Below, piece by piece: positions 57,571 through 64,000 of a DNA stretch of 64,000 nucleotides; position 1 is the stretch's first letter, and each line of letters begins with the position of its first letter. The notes below the pieces were generated by a model that saw only the letters and a program-made list of their open reading frames with translations, searched no databases and was not told the DNA's origin. The stretch comes from an uncultured Chloroflexia bacterium (GTDB lineage Bacteria; Chloroflexota; Limnocylindria; Limnocylindrales; CSP1-4): NCBI GenBank assembly GCA_963718285.1, contig CAVQYU010000001.1, positions 75,799-139,798 on the forward strand. The letters are read 5' to 3'. The position numbers were made by a program, and so were the translations under genes.

Positions 57571-58833
57571 CTACGGCCCCGCCGATGCCGACGGGCTGGG
57601 CGCCGGGCTGGCCGGGATCGTGATCGTCACGGTCACGCTGCCCGGGCTCATCCCGATCAGCTTCAGGCTGGCCGGCAGGTTCACGACCGGGGTCAGGACA
57701 TGGACCCCGGGAGCCAGCCCGTCGACGTCGATCGTGACCGCGAACGTCTGGCCATCGATCCCGGCCAGGGCGGTGGGCGTGCCACCCAGGGTCACCAGGA
57801 CCTGGTCGACCGACAGGCTGTAGACCCGGTCGTCACGGGCGCCCGACAGGACGATCCCGGCCGAGAACGTCTGCGACGCCGTGCGCGGGACGAGGTGGAC
57901 CGCGACGGTCACGGTGGGCGAGCCGATCACGGTGATGCCGGGTGGCAGGACCAGGTTGACCTGGCTGGTCACATCGGCGGTCGCGCCATTGAGATCAAGC
58001 GGGGTGGTGGTCAGCTGGACCAGCTGGCCGAGGCTGGTCGAGTCACCGGCGACGGTCACCGCCACCGGATTGACCGTGACGCTGGCAACCTGGTAGGCGG
58101 CATTGGGCGTGCCGGTCAGGATGGGCTGGACGGGCACCGTCCGGGTCTGCTGGCTGCCCACCCGGATCTGGACCCGGACGGTCGCCGGATCGATCCGGAT
58201 CGGGCTGAGGACGTTGCCCAGGGCGTCGACCGCGACGAGCGACACCTCCTGGTCGACGTCCAGGCCGGACGGCTGGATCACGACCCGGGCCAGGGCCGCG
58301 GTGGCCAGCCGGACGACCGAGTCCGGCCCGGAGACGTTCACCGACTCGGTCGACAGGACCGGCGACTGGGGGTGCAGCCCGGCCGGCACGTCGCCCGTGT
58401 CGACCACGACCGGGACGCTCTTGGTCACGAGCGGGTCGAGCTGGACCTGGATGACCTGCGGATCGAAGTCCAGGATCTGGACCCGCGGATCGACGGCCTG
58501 GACATGGACCTGGACGGTGGCGAACGCCGTCCCGGCCTGGGGCGTGGCCGTCGACAGGTCGACGCTGGCGTTGAAGCTGCTGCTGGTCAGCCGGTCGGCC
58601 ACGTCGGTCGGGGCGAAGTAGTGGATGTTCGTCACGTCGCCCAGGTTGCTGGTCAGGAGGACGGCGTCGGTCGGCTGGTTGGTGGCCACGATGGGCACCC
58701 GACCGGGCCACACCTGGGCGTTCTGGGACAGGACCAGTCCGGCGTACAGGAACGTGGCCAGGATGACCGAGCCGAGCTTGAGGGGCCAGTTCCGGACGAT
58801 CCGGGCGACGATCCTGCCGGCCGTCCGCCTCAC
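57571..58833 (-). CDS. cdaR: YbbR-domain protein (CdaR-like regulator of diadenylate cyclase)
   Basis: N-terminal TM WPLKLGSVILATFLYAGLV followed by repeated beta-rich YbbR-like modules. Lies between cdaA and glmM. Confidence 0.75.
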   Translation of the reverse strand: MRRTAGRIVARIVRNWPLKLGSVILATFLYAGLVLSQNAQVWPGRVPIVATNQPTDAVLLTSNLGDVTNIHYFAPTDVADRLTSSSFNASVDLSTATPQAGTAFATVQVHVQAVDPRVQILDFDPQVIQVQLDPLVTKSVPVVVDTGDVPAGLHPQSPVLSTESVNVSGPDSVVRLATAALARVVIQPSGLDVDQEVSLVAVDALGNVLSPIRIDPATVRVQIRVGSQQTRTVPVQPILTGTPNAAYQVASVTVNPVAVTVAGDSTSLGQLVQLTTTPLDLNGATADVTSQVNLVLPPGITVIGSPTVTVAVHLVPRTASQTFSAGIVLSGARDDRVYSLSVDQVLVTLGGTPTALAGIDGQTFAVTIDVDGLAPGVHVLTPVVNLPASLKLIGMSPGSVTVTITIPASPAPSPSASAGP

Positions 58834-59810
58834 CGGCGGCCCCCGCTCGCGGACGTCGGCCCGTCGGGCTCGGCCCCTTCGACCGGCGCGACGGGCCCGG
58901 TGGGCGGGGTGGCCGGCGCCGTGCGCATCGTGATCGGCTCAGGTTGGCCGGCCTGCCGCAGGCGGGAGATCCGGGCGCTCGATGGGCGCAGGCTGCCCGT
59001 TGGCATCCGGCTGAGCATCGAGCGACGGCCGCCCGAGGTATCGAGGAGCACGATCAGGGCCCGTTCGAGCTGGACCGGGTTGAGGTTGCGCACGATCCGG
59101 GCGCGCTCGACCAGGCTGGTCTGGCCGGTCTCCTCGGACACGACCACGACGACCGCGTCGGTCTGCTCGGCAATGCCCACGGCTGCCCGGTGGCGGGTCC
59201 CGAAGCGCTCGGCCGGCAGGACCGTCGTCTCGGCCAGGGGCAGGACGGCGCCGGCCGCCACGACCTGGTCGCCCCGGATGATCACGGCCCCATCGTGGAG
59301 CGGCGAGCGGGGCATGAAGATCGTGCGCAGCAGGTCGGCCGTCAGGTCGGCGTGGAGCATCACCCCCGTCTCGGCGATCTCGCCCAGGGCGGTCTCGCGC
59401 TCGATCACGATCAGGGCGCCGTAGCGCTCGGCGGCCAGCAGACCGCAGGCGTGGGCGACCTCGGCGGCGACGTGGCCCACGACCCGCTCGTCCGAGCCGC
59501 TCAGGAGCCACGCGAACGAGCCAACCCGGCCGAGGCGGTCGAGCGCCCGCCGGAGCTCCGGCTGGAAGACCACGACCAGGGCAAAGACGCCGACCAGGGC
59601 GCCGGTCTCGAGCACCTGTCGGAGCAGGCGCAGGTCGAAGAAGCGGGCCCCGGCGTAGACCAGGAGCATGACCGTCACGCCGATCACGAGGCTGACCGCC
59701 CGGGTTCCCCGAATCAGGCTGAACAGGCCGTAGATCAGGAGCGCCGTGATCCCGATGTCGACCACGGTGTTGAGCTTGACCTGGTCGAGGATCAACTGGA
59801 CGAGCTGCAT
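58830..59810 (-). CDS. cdaA: diadenylate cyclase CdaA (three TM helices + DAC domain) with ~80-aa Pro-rich C-terminal tail
   Basis: DAC motifs HDGAVIIRG (DGA) and GTRHRAAVG (RHR), plus AVVVVVSEETG. Confidence 0.85.
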   Translation of the reverse strand: MQLVQLILDQVKLNTVVDIGITALLIYGLFSLIRGTRAVSLVIGVTVMLLVYAGARFFDLRLLRQVLETGALVGVFALVVVFQPELRRALDRLGRVGSFAWLLSGSDERVVGHVAAEVAHACGLLAAERYGALIVIERETALGEIAETGVMLHADLTADLLRTIFMPRSPLHDGAVIIRGDQVVAAGAVLPLAETTVLPAERFGTRHRAAVGIAEQTDAVVVVVSEETGQTSLVERARIVRNLNPVQLERALIVLLDTSGGRRSMLSRMPTGSLRPSSARISRLRQAGQPEPITMRTAPATPPTGPVAPVEGAEPDGPTSASGGRR

Positions 59811-59827
59811 CGTGCGCTCAGTCTAGG

Positions 59828-60796
59828 TCAGGCACAGAGTCCCGCGAGCCGGCTGTCGTCGGGCAGGAGCCTGGTTGCGGCGGCACACAGGCGGTCGCGG
59901 ACGGCGGCGTCGCCGGACAGCTCGACCAGCCGTCCGAGCAGGAGCAGCTTGTCCCCGGCCAGTGTCCGCCAGCCCCGGGCCACGTACAGCTCGACCAGGA
60001 CAAGGTGGAGGTCGGGATCGTCGGGGGCCATGCCCAGGGCCGAATCAGCGGCGTCGAGGGCGGCTTCGTCCAGCCCGGCCGCGGCCAGCTCCCGGCTGGC
60101 TGCCACGATCGTGCGGATTCGCCCGACTGGATCGTCCGAGCTCATGGCGGCCTCGAGGCGGGCACTGACGGCGGCCACGTCGACCGGCACGAGCTCGATC
60201 CGGGCCGGCCGGCCCGGCTCAACCGGGGCGGAGCCGTCGGCCTCGGCCGGGAGCGGCTCGGGCTCGGCCGGGGCCGGCTCGGCCGGCGGGGCGACATGGA
60301 CCGGCTCCTCGAGGACCCGCATCGCCCGGGCGAGGGCGGCCTCGGCGGCGCTGCCGGGCGTATCGCTGACGAGCTCGGTCAGGTCCGCCAGGTGACGCCT
60401 CCGAGCGCGCGATTCGGCCAGCTCGAGGGCTCGCCGGGCCGTGTCGCAGGCTTCGGGCAGGCGGCCGCTCACGGCCTGGACCTCGGCCAGCAGGTCGAGC
60501 GCCCCGGCGGCCTCGGCCGGGCGACCGGCCCGGATCAGGGTGTCGGCCCGGCCGCCCAGGGCCGATTCGTCGCGGGGCGCCAGGCCCAGGGCCGCTCCGT
60601 AGGCGTCGAGGGCCTCATCCAGCCGGCCCTGGCGGACGAGCACGCCGGCCCGGCTGGTCAGGGGCAGGGCCCGGTCGGGCGCCACCGCCGCCGCCTCGTC
60701 GTAGGCGGCCAGGGCATCATCCAGGCGGCCGTGCAGGGCGGCCACGTGGCCGATCCGGAGCGATTCCTTGTAGCGCTCGTAGGGGACGTCGGTCAT
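59828..60796 (-). CDS. TPR repeat protein
   Basis: Repeated A..Y..AL...P helix pairs (LDDALAAYDEAAAVAP, LDEALDAYGAALGLAP). 4-nt overlap with the argF stop region. Confidence 0.7.
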   Translation of the reverse strand: MTDVPYERYKESLRIGHVAALHGRLDDALAAYDEAAAVAPDRALPLTSRAGVLVRQGRLDEALDAYGAALGLAPRDESALGGRADTLIRAGRPAEAAGALDLLAEVQAVSGRLPEACDTARRALELAESRARRRHLADLTELVSDTPGSAAEAALARAMRVLEEPVHVAPPAEPAPAEPEPLPAEADGSAPVEPGRPARIELVPVDVAAVSARLEAAMSSDDPVGRIRTIVAASRELAAAGLDEAALDAADSALGMAPDDPDLHLVLVELYVARGWRTLAGDKLLLLGRLVELSGDAAVRDRLCAAATRLLPDDSRLAGLCA

Positions 60797-61769
60797 TGGG
60801 CGGCTCCGGCCGGCTGCGGGCTGCTCCCGATCAGCTCGACGAGGAGCGCCTTCTGGACGTGGAGCCGGTTCTCGGACTGGTCGAAGATGATGCTCTGGGG
60901 GCCGTCCATCACGTCCGAAGTGATCTCCTCGCCACGATGCGCCGGCAGGCAGTGCATCACGAGCGCCTGGGGACCGGCGATGGCCAGCAGCCGGCCGTTG
61001 ACCTGGTAGGCCGCGAACGCGTCGCGCCGTTCCTCGGTCTCGGCCTCCTGGCCCATCGACGTCCAGGCATCGGTATACACGACTGAGGCGCCGCGGACCA
61101 CCTCATCGGGGTCCTGGCTGAAGGACCAGTCGTCCGCCGCTGGCCGCCGCGAGGGCCTGCGGCCCGCTCGACGATCCGGGGGTTGGGAGCATAGCCGGCC
61201 GGGTGGGCCAGGCGAACCTCGATGCCCAGGATCGCGCCCAGCAGGGCCAGCGAGTGGTAGACGTTGTTGCCGTCGCCGACAAAGGCCAGGACGAGCCCGT
61301 CGAAGCTGCCCAGGCGCTCCCGGATCGAGAACAGGTCGGCCAGGGCCTGGCAGGGATGCTCGCGCAGGGTCAGGCCGTTGATGACCGGGATGCGGGCCTG
61401 GGCGGCCAGCTCGACGGCCACCTCGTGGGGTCCCGTCCGGACCACGATCGCGTCGACAAAGCGCTCGAGGTTGCGGGCCACGTCGCGCACGCTTTCACGG
61501 GCGCCCAGGACGACGTCGTTGGTCAGGTAGATGGCCGACCCGCCGAGCTGGGCCGCGCCCGCCTCGAAGGTCACCCTGGTCCGCAGGCTGGGCTTCTGGA
61601 AGAGCATCGCCAGGGTCCGCCCGGCGAGCCGGGCGTGGTCGTGCCGGCGGTCAAGGGCGAACTCGGCCTTGAGCTCGGCGGCGAGGTCGAACAGCCGTTC
61701 GACCTCGGCCCGGGACAGGTCTGCGACGCTCAGCAGATCGCGACCTCGCAGCGAGCTCTCGGTCGGCAT
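60793..61769 (-). pseudogene. argF: ornithine carbamoyltransferase, at least one frame change between ~61100 and ~61180
   Basis: FQKPSLRTRVTFE, and HPCQALADL in ORF 60957..61769. VVYTDAWTSMGQE and HCLPAHRGEE are in ORF 60793..61101. Confidence 0.85.
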
Positions 61770-61804
61770 CCTGCTGGCGTCCGCTGGCGCGCCCGGCGCG
61801 CTGC

Positions 61805-62200
61805 CTAGCGCTTCGTGTACTGGGGCGCCTTGCGGGCTCGCTTCAGGCCGTACTTCTTGCGCTCCTTCATCCGCGGGTCGCGGGTGAGCAGGCCGGCCTG
61901 GCGGAGCGAAAGGCGATGCGCCTCATCGAGCTGGAGGAGGGCCCGGGCGATGCCATGGCGGATCGCGCCGGCCTGGCCGGTCACGCCGCCGCCCTCGACC
62001 TTGACCATCGTGTTGAAGCGGCCGTCCGTGCCGGTCACCCGGAAGGGCATCCGGACGTCGGACTCGTTGACCGCGTTGCCGAAGTGCTGGTCCATGGTCC
62101 GGCCGTTGACCACGATCTCACCCTCACCGGGCAGCAGGCGGACGCGGGCCACGGCCGTCTTGCGGCGGCCCGTCCCGTAGTAGAAGGCAGGGGTCGACAT
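61805..62200 (-). CDS. rpsI: 30S ribosomal protein S9
   Basis: [19 protein letters not shown] and C-terminal [17 protein letters not shown]. Confidence 0.95.
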   Translation of the reverse strand: MSTPAFYYGTGRRKTAVARVRLLPGEGEIVVNGRTMDQHFGNAVNESDVRMPFRVTGTDGRFNTMVKVEGGGVTGQAGAIRHGIARALLQLDEAHRLSLRQAGLLTRDPRMKERKKYGLKRARKAPQYTKR

Positions 62201-62217
62201 GAAAGGCGGTTCCTCCG

Positions 62218-62649
62218 TCAGGCCAGCGGCTCAGGCCGCTGGGCCTGATGGGGATGATCCGAGCCGGCGTAGACCTTCAGCTTGCGCAGCTGCTGGGCAC
62301 CGAGGCGGTTGTGCGGAAGCATCCCCTTGACGGCTCGCCGGATGACCTCTTCGGGCCGGCGCTCGAGGAGGTGGCCGAGGGTCTCTTCCTTGAAGCCCTG
62401 GGGATGGCCACTGTGGCGGGCATAGACCTTCGAATCGAGCTTGTCGCGGCTGACCGAGATGCGGGCGGCGTTGAGGATGATCACGTGGTCACCCGAGTCG
62501 AGGTGCGGAGCATAGGTCGGCTTGTGCTTGCCGACGAGGACATGGGCGACCCGCGATGCGAGGCGGCCGAGGGTCTCGTCCGCCGCGTCGACGACGTACC
62601 AGCGGCGATCGATCTCGCTCTCTCGAGGCGTGTAGGTCTTCGCGGTCAT
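62218..62649 (-). CDS. rplM: 50S ribosomal protein L13
   Basis: [35 protein letters not shown] and [11 protein letters not shown]. The ATG overlaps the truA stop (ATGA). Confidence 0.95.
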   Translation of the reverse strand: MTAKTYTPRESEIDRRWYVVDAADETLGRLASRVAHVLVGKHKPTYAPHLDSGDHVIILNAARISVSRDKLDSKVYARHSGHPQGFKEETLGHLLERRPEEVIRRAVKGMLPHNRLGAQQLRKLKVYAGSDHPHQAQRPEPLA

Positions 62650-63447
62650 GATGCTCCGAGCTCTCCATTCAATTCCGGCGCCGGCCGTCCCTGGGCTCGT
62701 CCCAGGGCGACCCGTCGCAGGCACAATCCCTGCGCCGGAGCCGCTGCTCCAGCGAGGGCCGGCCGCCCGGCGCCCAGCGCCGCCGCGACCGCGGCTTGAT
62801 CCATCTTGCCCTGACCGACCTTCAGCAGGACGGCCACCATCCGGCGCACCATCCCCCGCAGGAAGGCGTCGGCCCGGACGTCGATCGTCACGACCCGACC
62901 CGACCGGCGGACCCGGACCGAATGCACGGTCCGGACCGGCTGGCGGTCCGGCGCCCCGAAGGCGGAGAAGTCGTGCCGGCCAACGAAGACCGACCCGGCC
63001 CGCTCCATCGCGGCGTCATCAAGTGGCGTCCGCACGCCGAGCGCGTAGCGCTCGATGAGCGGTCGATGCGGCCCGTTCCAGACGGTGTAGCGATACTCCC
63101 GGTAGCGCGCCGCGTAGCGAGGGTGAAACTCGTCGGCCACCCGTCGGACACCACTGATGGCGAGGTCCGCGGGGAGCAATGCCTCGATCGAGCGTTCCAG
63201 CCGGGTGGCACTGAGACGTCCCCGAGTAGGTGAATGCGATCACCTGCCCCGAGGCGTGGACCCCGGCATCCGTTCGACCGGCCCCATCGACCCGGCCCGA
63301 ACCCTGCGGTTCGAGCCTGGCCAGTGCGGCTTCGAGCTCTCCCTGGACTGTCCGCTTTCCCGGCTGGACCTGGAAACCGGCAAAGTCCGTTCCGTCATAT
63401 TCAACCCGGGCGCGATAGCGCGCGGGCGCGCCCTCTCGAGCGCTCAC
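62646..63447 (-). pseudogene. truA: tRNA pseudouridine(38-40) synthase, one frame change near 63214-63222
   Basis: [19 protein letters not shown] and [15 protein letters not shown] are in ORF 63019..63570. LPADLAI...GRHDFSAF...FLRGMVRRMV is in ORF 62646..63179. Confidence 0.85.
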
Positions 63448-63460
63448 CCTCGGATCCGTC

Positions 63461-63814
63461 CTAGACGAGCTCGAGCTGGACGATCTCGGCGGAGTCGCCG
63501 AGGCGCCGGCCGATGCGCACGATCCGGGTATAGCCCGAGGTGCGGTCGGCGTACTTGGGGGCGATCTCATCGAACAGCTTGTCGACGACGAGCGGCTCGT
63601 TGGGGAATTCAGCGATGACCTGCCGGCGGGCGGCGAGGTCGCCCCGCTTGGCCAGGGTGATCATCCGCTCGACGCGGGGCCGGATCTCCTTGGCCTTGGC
63701 CTCGGTCGTCTGGATCTTCTCGTAGCGCAGGACCGACACGGTCATGTTCTTGAACAGGGCCAGCCGGGGGCCCTGCTTGCGCGAGAGCTTGCGGCCGTCG
63801 ATCCGGTGGGACAT
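63461..63814 (-). CDS. rplQ: 50S ribosomal protein L17
   Basis: [24 protein letters not shown]...[21 protein letters not shown]. Confidence 0.95.
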   Translation of the reverse strand: MSHRIDGRKLSRKQGPRLALFKNMTVSVLRYEKIQTTEAKAKEIRPRVERMITLAKRGDLAARRQVIAEFPNEPLVVDKLFDEIAPKYADRTSGYTRIVRIGRRLGDSAEIVQLELV

Positions 63815-63817
63815 GGC

Positions 63818-64000
63818 TCAGCCTTCCTCGCCGTCTTCGTCGTCGAACGGCTCGTCCGACGGCTCGGTGTCGGGGATGACGAAGCCGCGCATGCGCAGGC
63901 GCTCCTTCATCTCGTCGAGGGACTTGCGCCCGAAGTTGCGCATCCGCAGGAGATCGTCGTCGGACAGCTGCAGGAGCTGGCCGACCTTGACGATGTTGTT
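63818..64000 (-). CDS. rpoA: DNA-directed RNA polymerase alpha subunit, C-terminal fragment (cut by window edge)
   Basis: The minus-strand frame reads ...VGQLLQLSDDDLLRMRNFGRKSLDEMKERLRMRGF, the alpha-CTD helix-hairpin-helix, followed by an acidic tail and a stop at 63818-63820. Confidence 0.9.
   Translation of the reverse strand, partial: NNIVKVGQLLQLSDDDLLRMRNFGRKSLDEMKERLRMRGFVIPDTEPSDEPFDDEDGEEG

Overview
High-GC window (about 70% by eye). Coordinates not taken from the ORF track were derived by hand and may be off by 1-2 nt.

Right half (~31-64 kb, almost all minus strand): housekeeping genes in an Actinomycetota-like order. These are rpoA-rplQ-truA-rplM-rpsI, argF, cdaA-cdaR-glmM-glmS, acpS, nnrD, alr, tsaE-tsaB-rimI-tsaD, rsmA, ispE, ridA, glmU, recO, glyQS and ppdK.

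Left half: accessory genes. The standout is a complete phage-tail-like contractile injection system (Afp/PVC/Streptomyces-CIS type) at ~9.0-23.4 kb, built as two divergent operons.
- Minus arm: DUF4255 cap, AAA+ ATPase, DUF4157 protein.
- Plus arm: sheath, tube, chaperone-like pair, P/A-rich tape-measure candidate, second tube, LysM hub, gpD/VgrG spike, PAAR, gp25, gp6-like, gp7-like.
- It has no tail-fibre gene and no recognisable toxin.
- Convergent regulators abut both ends with essentially no intergenic space: an atypical LuxR-type response regulator on the left and a STAND-TPR-SARP protein on the right.
- Next to it lies an operon of three envelope proteins: two zinc-ribbon/PD40 beta-propeller paralogues and an Ig-like bitopic protein.
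- Further left are c-di-GMP signalling genes (two GGDEF proteins and a histidine kinase fragment), tdk, an RDD protein, a Zn-ADH and an MFS transporter.

Other observations:
- A 184-bp segment bounded by perfect 21-bp AT-rich inverted repeats lies upstream of ppdK.
- A 17-bp x3 tandem repeat carries a stop, an RBS-like motif and a start at a gene junction.
- A frameshift-dense segment (~35.3-43.7 kb) breaks essential genes. It is most likely a sequence-quality artefact. The same signature breaks the CIS spike gene once.

No rRNA, tRNA or CRISPR array was recognised.
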